A stretch of 64,000 nt of DNA from Iphione sp. A-MEVVRFRX5 (Eukaryota). This document shows positions 12,898-25,018 of this stretch, piece by piece. Location of the stretch: the NCBI GenBank assembly GCA_976226885.1, contig OZ320313.1:115816001-115880000 (forward strand), read 5' to 3'. The notes beneath the pieces are model-generated. The model saw only the letters and a list, made by a program, of their open reading frames with translations, was not told the DNA's origin and searched no databases. How positions within the stretch are numbered: position 1 is the first letter of the stretch; each line of letters opens with the position of its first letter. A program made the translations under genes and the position numbers.

Positions 12898-15800
12898 CCC
12901 TAACCGACAGGGGTCACCGATATAGAAAATCATAGTGAAAGGACCAGGGTATCCAGACGATGAAATACTTAAAATATGGGTGTTAATCATAAACACTCTG
13001 CGTTTGGTCGCTCAGATTTTCTTTTTCGTCGATAATTTCTGTAGTTCTGAATTGTGGGTCCCACGAATCAAACTTCAATTATCAAAATCACTTTTCAGGC
13101 GGCATATTCATTGCCTCTCCTCACAATAAAGTGAGATCTCACTAGACACTAAAATACAGATTATACCCCTAAATCAACAGCTGGTTATGGTGATGGGAAT
13201 CCCTCTGAGGCGGGCAATGTGATTACCCCTCAGCGATTATCTTGGGACTACTCAACGATAGCGCGGGGGGAGCAAAAAGGAAAGAGGGGCATTTTATCGT
13301 GTATATATTATGGCCAGACTGCTTTTTCCGCAAACATCGGGATGTGGCACGAGAGGGTAGCTCCGGAGGGTCCCAGCACGCACGAGTTTAATAATACAGT
13401 ATGCACTGAGGCAGCCATATGGCCTAAGCTTAAAGGAAGGGTAACCATCCCAGCGCTCGTCTGCGAACCGTCTCTGTGGCGCCGATCTACCAGAGCAAAG
13501 AGCTCGGTGGTTCGGTCGGCGGCCGTTAGTGGAGGATTGATGCTTGCATTGGTTCCTCGCTACTGGATAGAGAAGGTCATCCGACGAGCCACATATTGCT
13601 TTTTGGTGGTGCCACAATTGTCATTCCTTCACCGTTTTTCCCTACCTGAGCCCCAATGATTTTCCTTATAATGGCGACCATATAGCCAATATCTCTTCTT
13701 CCCGCGATGTCCTCGGTACAATATGTGACTTTGGTCGGGGGAACTGTCCCTACAGTTAATCCCTGATTAATGGCCACACATAGTTTTAGTGCATCGAGCT
13801 TTATTGCCAATGCCGTCGTAAAAGGATGAGTGGCCAATGATCAGACAAATGAACTGAGTCGGTTACGTTTTATTTGCATCGCCGCTCTTACCACGATAAT
13901 ATACGGCTTGTCCCGCTGCCTAGGTGACTGCAGTGTCTGGAACCACCAATAACATATTCCTCCATCTTCTCTAACCTCACGTTTGAATCGGCTTTGGCCT
14001 CTCTAGACATGTGGCCCCCTCTGATATTTCACGGTTCCGTTAGCGAAAACCCAGGCTTTCTCCAAAATACAAACGACGACGTTTTGACCCACAAAGACAG
14101 TCCCAAAAGATGTCCTTCCAAGAGCTACGGGAACCCGGTCAGTGGGCGTTTGCCGCGTCGTCTATTCTCATGACGCTCATGAGCATCACTATCCAGCACT
14201 GAGTTCCTCTTAGATCCTTCATCTATCTTCAGGTTCTCTTCGTCTACCGCCCACTCCCTATAATATGTTCAGCCACACGGTAAATTTGACCTCTTTGACA
14301 ACGACTTCGGTGTGGTTGAGACAGCCGCAGACGGCGTAAGTACAGTGGCGCCGCTGCCGAGACGAGCCTCTGACCAGCATAAGTACGTTTGGCGGGACAA
14401 AAACGGCTAGCAATAGCCATGTTATTACATGCGCCTGGTAATACCTTGTTAGCCAGGAGCTGGCATTCACATTTCACATAATGCAGATTGCCTTTAGACC
14501 AGCACTTGGTGAAGGAAGCCACAGTAAACTGGGACAGCGCATGTAAATACCCTAGATGTGTGTTCCGTAATTACGAGCTGGCCGACGTTTACCTCAACGA
14601 CGTGACGTAGTTATGACCAATTTGCATCTCGAATGGCTACAGCGCCTGCCACAGTACCTTATAGCGTGGGTAGGAACGTACGGAGGACGGTTGCTGTTTT
14701 CCCGTGAAACCCCTTACATTTACAAGTCTGCACCTCCGAAAGGTTAATGATGATGAACCCACTAATCCGAGTTGTGGCCGCTTATATAAGCGGAGCGTGC
14801 CTATTATGGGCTTGGGTGCGCAGCCGAACTGCGAATCCCGGGGCCCACTGTGGACTATCCCACCCTCAGCCTCGCTAATGCATGGTTGAGCAGATCCTGT
14901 CTGCGACGCAGAGAGTGGAAATAAAGCTGTACGGTCATCCAAGGGTTCGTGGTGGGTGGGCAGCTGCTGCAGTTGGGAAGGTTGAGGGTGCAGTAACGAA
15001 GTGAAGAAATGTACCCACAGTCAGGAAGGCCAGAACGTTGGAAACGACAGTGATCGAGAATTAAGTCAATTCGATCCTTTGGAAATTGATACTTTCATTG
15101 AATGGAAATCTCAATATACAATCACCATAAGATGTATGACAAGGTAGTATTACTAAGATACGGTAGTACATTGGCGCTTACTATTGTAAACATGAGTGGA
15201 GCGACTATCCATCAGAATGTCATTCCTTACAGTCTCAAATATATACTAGCCATGATCCTTACTTTTGCTGACCTCTCCTGGTTAGAGCAAACAGGCTAAT
15301 CTGTTCGTAAAGGTGTTTTTTACGAAATATATATATTTTTCCGAACTATAGTGAATCTAATGTATCAATGGACGGGAACTAGCTCTTTTCAAATGGGATT
15401 GTCCAAATGCACAAACATGATCATTTATATTGAGAAGCCCACACAATTTGATCATACATTTTTAAAAAAATTGTTATTTCAGTCCGACTCACAGATAAAT
15501 GCCGCTGACGTGTCCAGTGGGTGGAACCTCATTCAATATATGGCACACACTTGTACATTCCTGAAGAAAACGCCCATCACGTGTCAGCACTGTGGTGCAT
15601 CTTTTAATCTGCCTTCGTCATCAAGACCACCAAACGTTAGGGGGGCCCGTGAGCCTACCGTCTTCTCCACTTAGCATGTTTACTCTTATCTTGAACCCTA
15701 TTTGAGCTGTGTTTGCAAACCACTTTGCCTAACAGAAACACCATAGGGCCACAAACAGGTTTTCTAGTTCATCATTCTGTGCAATGGTAGATACAGGGAT

Positions 15801-16712
15801 GGCGTCAACCAACTCGACACGTAACAATTTAACCGTAGGATAGAAAATTTGGAACGAAATTCCAAGCGGCATCTATTGATTTATTAAAACCGGTTTACTT
15901 CTTCGTAAACAGACACTATATATCCCCTACATCCCCGGAGGTGGAATAGAAGGCATATACATTGATTCTGGCAAGGCCTTTCGGACTAGAGACACATTTT
16001 TAGTATGTCCTTTGTTTTCAGTGTTTGACACATGGTCGATATTGGCACCACGTCCTGACATCAATAAGTCATATCGGGCGACAGCTGAGTAGGCACTTTT
16101 TATCGTGGGGGCCGGTTAGTTTGCGCAAGTGGAATGTTTTCTGTCACATCGGGTGGGTATCTGCATGCCCTGACAGTGTCAAGGTGTACCGCCGGGGCTT
16201 AGCGTCATATTGACACGTATCTAAGCTTTAGATACCGAGGCGGGAGGAGTGCCGCTGATGAGCTGCCTAAACAGTACAACAAACACGTAGAGCATCTTCA
16301 TTAGCACAGGCAGCAGGCGACCCGTTCGTCTAATGGCCAGCCCTGAGGGTTACGGCAGGCGCGGCCCAACGCTTGTTTGTCTGACAGGCCCACAGAGCTT
16401 CCATTGCCGCGGGTAAGAACCAGACGTCTCTCGACAGTACCGCATCCAAAACCTTGTACATGTACAAAAACGCAACGCACGCTAACCTGCAAACACGCTC
16501 ACACTTCCATCCACTTGCATATGGTTGCGGTGCATCAAGTACGAAAGTGCCCCTTGAGAGACACGATCGTAGTTGACCATTCTGGTTTACAAACGTGCTT
16601 CTACATAAGCAGTTACAAATACGCCCATTTAATGTTGAGATACGTGTCGAAGTGGCGATACGTACATACCTGTTCTACTGCCATGCATCAATAAATGAAA
16701 TTGTATACGTAC

Positions 16713-16757
16713 CATTCGTAGCCACACATTGGACTTCATAATTTGATTTTTCTCGTC
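16713..16757 (-). CDS. nAChRbeta1: nAChR beta1-type subunit, 45-nt exon (loop D)
   Basis: DEKNQIMKSNVWLRM between TTTGCAG acceptor and GTACGT donor; phase 0/0, compatible with both neighbouring exons. Confidence 0.93.
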
Positions 16758-18739
16758 CTGCAAAGAAATAATACGTGGCAATGAGAACGACTTCGTCTTT
16801 GAATCAAAATAAATTAAAAGATGGTCTTGATATACGCTATACAATATTCGGTTGAAAACTTAGTGCTGTTGGCTCAGATGTGGCTCTGAACTGGGACAAT
16901 AAATAGAGTATCGTCACACTGTGTATAGGGGAAGGTACTGATGGTGTCACACAATCCTATTGAAAAACGCCATTGGGAAACCCAAATAAGATCAAGCGTG
17001 TCACATCCATGGAATGAAAGAACACTATATCTAGATAAATTGTGCGACGTAAATCAATACAAATAATACCAGGTTTCCAGTCGAGAATATTAAAAAACCG
17101 CAAATCTAATGTTGCGTGGAATACATTGTGTTGACTTGAAAAACATTCCTAATATTTTACCAAAAGGATGGTTTATTTTGAATGTTAGCCTCCTAAAACA
17201 AAGATACATTATAAGTAATTCATTAATTCATTGTACTATCTTGAAAGCATCTAATACATTTAAGTTCAAGATAACAGCTTTCAATGCAGCAATCTAAAAC
17301 ATGTTTCAAACGAAATGAGTTAAACATCTCTCAGGAACTACTATTCACCTCATTAAAAATGACGCGGCACAGCAGACAATGATGCTATGACTGATAATTC
17401 TATTACAAGACAGTTTTTACTGATTTATATCGAAGTAATTATTGTACGGATTCATACAACCACAAAAGCGCTGGCGGTGGCTTTGCAGTTAAAGATTGAT
17501 ACACACTCAAATTGAAAGGTACGGTGTTATAAATACAACAGAAGTTGCCGGAAGAAACTGTTTTTCCTCTTACCCATTAAGGATTAAAACCAAAGCTGGA
17601 TAAATTTGAGCATTCAAGAGCATAACATTCTAAGTAATTACCAACGAACTGTTTATGCCTTTTCGAAAAAGTGGATATTCCAAGTATAAAACATCCGTAT
17701 TGATGTGTTTTTTAAATAAAGACCTCTATTTTCTATCGGTAAGTCTTAGACATGATAGAGATATCGTTATGTTGCCGATATTACCAGCACACTTCTATAG
17801 TTTGTATAGGGTTTGTTTCAGTGTTATTTGTTTTTGTCTTGAATTACTTCAACGTGTAATGATTCATAAATTGTCTTTTCCAATAGAATGCACGGAAATG
17901 TACTAAAATGGCTAACATCTTATGAAATTTCCGCACAGATTCTAGAAACAAATGATGGAAAGCAAAAAGAATCACATTGTCCATCATCAAACCATCTTGA
18001 TCTTGGTTTTAAGGAAATTGTAGCATTAAAACTGATTACAAGACCCCCTTAATCTTGAGAATGAAAAGGACTCTATCCTTTTCAGAAGGGATTTTATTTC
18101 TGTATATGTATAAACTTATTTTTTGTATTGTTATATTATGTGTTTTCTCTGCAGTCCGAAAGTTGAAAAATATTCTAGTTACAAAAGATATCGAAGTGAT
18201 TTTCGATTTAGAATGCATTTTATTACATAACGTAATGAATATAAATATCTCTTTTAGACACAGTAGTAACTAACAGTCTGCACCTTACTGTCTCCATTAG
18301 TGCCCAGCATTAGTGTTAATATTTGATTGGGGGAAGGGTAAAAGCAGAAAAAAGAAGAGCCCTTCACGTGTCAAGATATATTGGTGGTACAACACATCAT
18401 TTTACAAACCTTAACAATGTCAACTGCTCGTATTATTTGGCAAAATTTTAAATGGTTTCACATTTCACAGAATTTTAAAACAGTATGATGGAAGAACACT
18501 AGGTTTCACAGGTTTTCAATGGATTGGATCTATACATTATCTTGATGCTGATCCTACCATGCCTGCGTGTATATTATATCGTATTAAACAGATTTGCATG
18601 AAAATGAATAAACTTTACTTCCTGGATTTGTCCACCAGTGAACTGTTGCATTTGGAGTAATTTTGGTAACTGAATAACCTATAGATGTGAAAAATGGTCT
18701 GATAAGTGTTCATTTTTCGTACGGACCATATCTAGTTAC

Positions 18740-19305
18740 ACTACTCTTATAAAACAGCTGCCGGAAATAGTCCCCATGCGTTATCATCACTGCGCATGCC
18801 TGAAATGTAACCAGCCAATGGGTGTCCACCTTACAAAAGGGTTTAGGGTTTGTTTTGGGAATTCCCCAATGATGACATCATCACGGGAAACCCCTATACC
18901 AGGCCCGAAGCCAAGGGGGTATCAGGTATCAGCTGATACCCCCGAACCCCACAGGCTAGTTTCTAGTAAAGCGGACCACCACCACCACTACCATGAGCAG
19001 CCGCCACTCTGGGGCACTTGAAGTTAGGGGATCTTAACCTATTTTGCATAGAGTAGTCATTTTAGGTGAAAATCAAAGCGGCCCCCTAAACTTTAATCTA
19101 CTCGCCGGCCGCCGCTGCCGCTGCCGCCGCCACCGCCACCACCAGCAGCCGGGAGAGTTGTATGGGGAGGGTAGCAAAGTCTAGTGGTGGTGGCGGCGAG
19201 AGCAGCCGGGGTCGACTATACTAAAGTTGACTCCATACAGACAGACAGACAGACAGAGGGAGGTGTCTGTATCAACTACGAGTGCAAGGGCCAAAGGCGC
19301 TTGTT
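18740..19305 (-). mobile_element. Possible non-autonomous Helentron / DINE-1 / Pearl-like element
   Basis: Terminal hairpin CAAGGGCC-AAA-GGCGCTTG (19285-19303) next to an (ACAG)n tract (19237-19257), plus GCC-rich internal repeats. This layout is typical of such elements. Left boundary is a guess. Confidence 0.4.
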
Positions 19306-19625
19306 CCATTAAAAATGGTAGATAATATTGCAATTCACTTGAGCAAATAGAAAGTAATCTAAAAAAATAGTATGTTGTAATGTATTGAATATAAGCATTG
19401 AAATACCTGTGCTGTGAGTATGAGGTCTGTTTTCAGAGCAATTAACATGGCATAGTTACATCTGTATAGACAGAAGGGGGTTGATATGGTGTTGTATATT
19501 TATAATAGGTACAAGGGCTTTCGGTGCAGATTTGCACATAAAGTCACTGATTAGCAGCATAAACCAACCAAAGAGAGAAATGGAGAGAAATCAAATAAAC
19601 CCACCGATGAGTGGTAACAATCCAC

Positions 19626-19627
<2 letters not shown>

Positions 19628-19677
<50 letters not shown>

Positions 19678-19678
19678 G
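19628..19678. repeat. (GA)n microsatellite
   Basis: Directly visible, one interruption. Confidence 0.97.
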
Positions 19679-22648
19679 TGCTGAAGGTCCTTCTTTATTA
19701 ATAAACCGGTGTAGAGTTGCACCTAACTGAGAAAATAGTCCAAAGTGACACAATTCTTTGTGAATTTTCTTTTGTTTTGTGTTTTGTGGGAGAAAACATA
19801 TGCCACTGTATATGATTTGAGAAAATACCGACACAAACATATGAAACTAGGCAAATTATGAGACTTTAAAAATATCTCACATCAACAAGACCTCCTCCCT
19901 CTGGCTGAACCTATTTTCAGGCAACATTTTAGATATATAGTGTAATTACTTCTCGTGTATGATTAACACTTACATGTATTATCCAGGACTATATGATAGA
20001 TTTGCATTCTAAGATAATTACGTGGTAATGTTTTTATCATATTTTCTACATTAAAAGAAAATATGATATTTAGGTACTTTTCCTTAATTGCCATCACCAT
20101 TACCTAATAGATCAATCTTATGAAATATACCATATATGAATCAAGCAACCTTTCACCTGCTATGCGTTGTAACATGATTATATATATTTACACAAATTCA
20201 AATCAGCCCTCGTCAGAAATGCAAAAACCATCATTACCCCTATGCCTCTATGGGAATATGAATATATTAACTAGTATAATACATGTTGTAACCTTAATGA
20301 TGACAATTATCGAGATGTTAAGAATATTGTAGACCTTTATGACAATGATAAAATCCTTTACTCTAAAAGGTGTACTTCCTTGAAATGATTACGTTGAAAA
20401 GAAGTCATTGATAAAAAAAAGTTACTCTATAAAGGTATGTTTGCAAGGTACACACGTTTGCATCGAAGACGCCAATATTGTTGGGAGGACCGTAGGAAGA
20501 TACCAATATATACCTTATGTCCACATATTATAGTTTCTTTCCCAACGGTCTCTACGTATAGGTTCTTGGACAGTAATCTGCTGCTAGGTGCTTCAAGGCC
20601 GCCTTCAACCACAATCATTCATCTGGTGCACTGGTCAAATTAGTGATGCACTAATTAGTACCTATAATGCCAGCGTACAACCAGCTTTACATTGAAGAGT
20701 AATGGACTAAACCCACCGAAGGGCTGACTTAAAGCACTGCAGTCTCAGAACCCAGCTTTTAAGACCATAAGTAAACATGTGAGGCTGTCTCGTGCGTCCA
20801 CGTTAACTTCAGCTGTTGTGGCGTTTCTCATGAGTTGCGCCCCAGGCATGGCGCGTGGCCAGCGTGGCTGAAACGCTCATTACGCACGCGGAATAGCATC
20901 TGTTGCAGGATGGGCAATGGGGGATGTATTTTGATTAGAACGAGGGTTCGAAGTACGGTCAGGTCTGTTACCAGGAAGGAAATTGTTTCTGCAGACAAAC
21001 GTCAGTCTGAAATCTATAGACTCATGGTTATTGTTTCAGTTTGGGTGAAAATATATAATGCATTGAACACTATCCCTTTTCGCACAAAGAAGACATATCC
21101 TACACATATTCTTCTTGAAACTAAAAGACCAGACAATACTGGACCAAGGGATCTGAAACCGCAAGAACAAGGCGTAAGTACCTTTATCAATAGCCGAGCG
21201 ATATTATGTCCCCTAAAAAGAGCATTGGAGATTTGGTCTGTTAGTAAGGCCTAAAAGTAAGGCTTAAAATTTAGAGGGTAGGTGGGTTGGTGGTGTTTTT
21301 TTTTTATTTTTCTGACTTTTTTCCGATGTTAATTCATACTGACAGAAATAAATATGTATGACATTATCACTTCTACTGATCAGATTTTAATCAAGCAGGT
21401 ACCATATCAAAGTTAATGATGTAAGGAACATTTTGCTGTACAGCCTATGTCCCTATCCCTATTCATTCCAAGGATATTTACAAAAGAAGAAAATAATAAA
21501 ACTTCCATTGGTATCAAAATTAGGGTCGATCGAGTTAGAAACACAGCTATTTTTCGTTTAGGCCTAAGATGGGCTTTGCATCCACCAAAGATATTTAATT
21601 TACCGCATTGTCGTTTTGGTCTTAACCTACATCTAGCAGTGTTATGATCTCAGGACGTCTTTCATTCCTATCATTTAAAAACGATTTTATCTACGCATAC
21701 AGTCAGGACAACATAATGCAGTGAAGTACGTTGTGCACTGCAAGGGGAGCGATCTGGTATATAAGGCACAATCCTCATTTCCCAAAACAGTCGCGTTTAA
21801 ACTGACAACTGCAATCAATGGAGGCATTTCATTTTCCCGCTTGATTTACGTAGTCTGCCCTTAAAATGTCAGAATACGATTCAGCGGGGCTTACAGTGAG
21901 ATTTTGGCCTATTAACCTCTTTGTATTGTAGATTGTACAATATGTCACATCCATGGACAATATAAGTATCCAAATAAATACTATTCCGAATTAGTATGCT
22001 AACTACAAGGCCCATACACTGAAGGTATGAACACAGGAATGCTAGTTCAGACAGCAAAAGAGCTAACAAGAAGCACTTCTTAAACGGGGATGTCCGGAAT
22101 AGCGGGAATACTTAAAGATGAGCGATTGGATTTGGTTCTGTCTCTTGTCTTGTCTCTTGCGACATGTCCTGATTAGCGGGTTGTTCGGAGTGGGGGATTC
22201 CACTGTAATATTAAAGTCAGTTCGATATCAATGACATACAGTGGGCGTCACGTAAGGTTGTGTTCAGACTAGGACCCACAAGAGAGGGTGTCTGTAAAGT
22301 AGAAGGAAAAACAGCGAGCCTCAGATCCAGTACAACATCGAAGTCACGGACAGAGCAATGCAATCTAAAGTACCGCGATCCCCTCACGTGTGTGCTTGGC
22401 GTCATGGGCATTTATGGTATATTGAAAATAGGATTGCCCGTGAGCAAAGCTTTCGGCGGTCGTTGATTAATTAACCATTGTCGTCCCGATATCCTGACCC
22501 AGCAAACACGACGGAAGTACATGTTGAAGTCGAGATGTCTCCTTGTTGATTAAGATTAGTATTCGATCAACGTTGCGTTTAGCATGAGACTACCAGGCGA
22601 ATTTAATTAACGATTGCTTAAAGACGTCTAATGGGTCATTTTCTCATA

Positions 22649-22960
22649 TAAGGCCTAAACAAAAAGTATCTGTGTTTCCGGTAACCCGACCGACCCTCTT
22701 TTTTGTCCTACTAGAACATTTTATTTTATTGTGTTTTTGTTTATATCTTTGGAATGAATAATAACATACCATTTTGCTCCTTAGATCATTATCTTTCATT
22801 TGATATAAGTTTTATTAAGATCGGAGCAGTAGAACATATATTACTATATACATATGTAACTTTAAGTAATAGTTTACACTGAAAAAATAATGAAAAAATA
22901 AAAAAAAACGACCTACCGACCCTCTATTTTTTAAGCATGTTACCGGAAACACAGAACTGG
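22649..22960. mobile_element. MITE related to family A
   Basis: TIR CTGTGTTTCCGGTAAC ... GTTACCGGAAACACAG, with internal CCGACCGACCCTC / CCTACCGACCCTC motifs. Confidence 0.7.
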
Positions 22961-24193
22961 CGACACCCTTTGGTCCTAGCGAAAATGTCAGCAATAGGGA
23001 GGTGTCGCCAGTCCTGGACAACATAAATTGCCAAAACATGTTGCTGTTCTTGAGCCTAAGGATGTCTTGAGTCCAAGGATGTCTCATGTCTTGGGTGTCT
23101 CCAATCTTGAGGGTCTACTGTATTTCTAAACTGGACATGAAAGTTCTGATGACAGCATGTATGCAACCTGCTGCATATACAATCGGCTCGCGATTTTCTG
23201 AAGAAAGTCTGGTATTCTGGCAATTATGTAAGCATGTGAGGTTTCTTCGTATAAGAGACATAAGTGAAATATGTAATCAATGTTTAATGATTGCCCATGA
23301 ATGCATTTGGATATGTAGACAATTTATAAAATAACCTGTTTGCTAAGCGTTGACCGACTGTATGTATATAAAAAAAATATACAGTGATAACGCTGCCCCC
23401 CCCCCCCCCCCAATCTCCGAATATAGATGAGTACGACGTATCCTATCCCCCTCCCCTACGGATCTGACACCTATCGATCGGTCACATGCGGGTCGTAAGG
23501 ATAGACCAAGGGTAAGCGGCTGATCTACTCTCTGGCCGACCATTCACCCATCTCCTCGCTATACCAACCAGATCAGTTCGCCGAGCTTGATCATTTGACA
23601 CTCCTTAAGCACCCGTTTCTATTATTCATCAAAATGACCGTCCGCAAGATATAGGCGCCGACAAAGATCACTATCCTCCTTGATAGTGTCCATTCCTGTC
23701 AGGGTTCGAGACAGCATCTTCTCGACATATGTATCACTATGACTACTCATTAATTGACTGAGGGCCAAACTTCAATAAACTGAGTAAAATAGATGCCATG
23801 GTTAGCGCCATCCCCTGATGTGACTTTTTTCACATGGGAAGAGTCTTAGGGGACACGACGTCGGTAACCAATTCCGTTCATAAATCGAAGCTTCGTATAC
23901 GTCGCATACAGAAATTAGATCACGTCGGACCATCGAGGTAACGGTCTGATGTTTAGTTCCTCCGATGACTAACATGATACCGTCGGAATGAATGACAGAG
24001 ATGAATACTGATGTCATTATATCATTATTTTTAAATGCATATGTAGATATTCTTATGGAACAATGCATTCGTTTAAAGTGGGTGAGGTTAGCTCGGGTTA
24101 CGGCACCGACAAGTTGGATCCGAGAGAAAAGCAATAATGTGATGATTTATGTATTCTATTGTTAAGCGCTAATCATCAGCGGGAGCGGTTGGA

Positions 24194-25018
24194 ATGGACA
24201 TGGTAACAGACGTGCTGGTCAGTGTGTCAGGTAGCCAGACCAAGCGAGAGGCGGAAGAACAGGTTATGCAAGTCATTGACGAGACTGACCATGTGAACAG
24301 AATACTAGCAGGTGTACTGACTGACACCCAGACTGACTCAGAGGTGACCGAACGCGGGTCTGTCGAGGTGGCGGACGACTGCAAACGACAGACGGGACAC
24401 AGTGCAGTAGACACAAGGCGGATTGACTGTTTGGTGGCCTGCGATCGTGAGAAGTTGGGGGAGAGCGCTGACAAGCACCAGGACACACTACCAAAAAAGC
24501 AGGAGACGGTCTTCATTGACTACGCTGGGACTCGCCTTGACCCCGACCACAACACCACGCTAAAGTGGAAGGGACACTCGTTCAAATCTGTGAACCACGC
24601 ATATTACTGGGAGCAAGCATGTCATAACAAACAGGAGATCTTGGCCAAGGAGATCTTAGGAGCGAAAAGTACGCAGAGACTTGTAAAACTGACTGCCAGG
24701 CTGAGCGAATCTCTTCGCTGGGCTGGTGACCGACGAGATATTCTAGCAGCACTGACGCGGGAAAAGTTCTCACAAGACACAAGGTCATTGAATGAACTAC
24801 TGTCGACAGGCACCGACAAAATTGCCATATTATCACCGGACACGTTCTGGGGCACAGGCATAGTAAGCAGTTCGCCAAAGAAGAGGGACTCGTACATAGG
24901 AAGCAACCAGTACGGGCGCATCTTGGTAGATGTACGAGATGGATTACGAGCGAAGAAACAACGGGAAGCTCTACAAAGCAAGATCGCAACAGCCGCGAGT
25001 GCTACTTGCAATGGATAG
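24194..25018 (+). CDS. LINE ORF1a: acidic N-terminus plus NADAR (YbiA-like) domain at about 24509-24946
   Basis: 274 aa. Family-like motifs in the expected order: VFIDY...FKSVNHAYYWEQA, EILGAKS, W..RRDILAALTREKFSQ, LLSTG, SPDTFWGTG, GSNQYGRILVDVRDGL. In-frame TAA at 24170-24172 upstream of the ATG. Confidence 0.85.
   Translation: MDMVTDVLVSVSGSQTKREAEEQVMQVIDETDHVNRILAGVLTDTQTDSEVTERGSVEVADDCKRQTGHSAVDTRRIDCLVACDREKLGESADKHQDTLPKKQETVFIDYAGTRLDPDHNTTLKWKGHSFKSVNHAYYWEQACHNKQEILAKEILGAKSTQRLVKLTARLSESLRWAGDRRDILAALTREKFSQDTRSLNELLSTGTDKIAILSPDTFWGTGIVSSSPKKRDSYIGSNQYGRILVDVRDGLRAKKQREALQSKIATAASATCNG

Noticed and set aside
24016-24035. TCATTATTTTTAA as a target-site duplication of TCATTTTTTAA after the LINE tail
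   Set aside because: Imperfect, low-complexity match; cannot define the 5' end.
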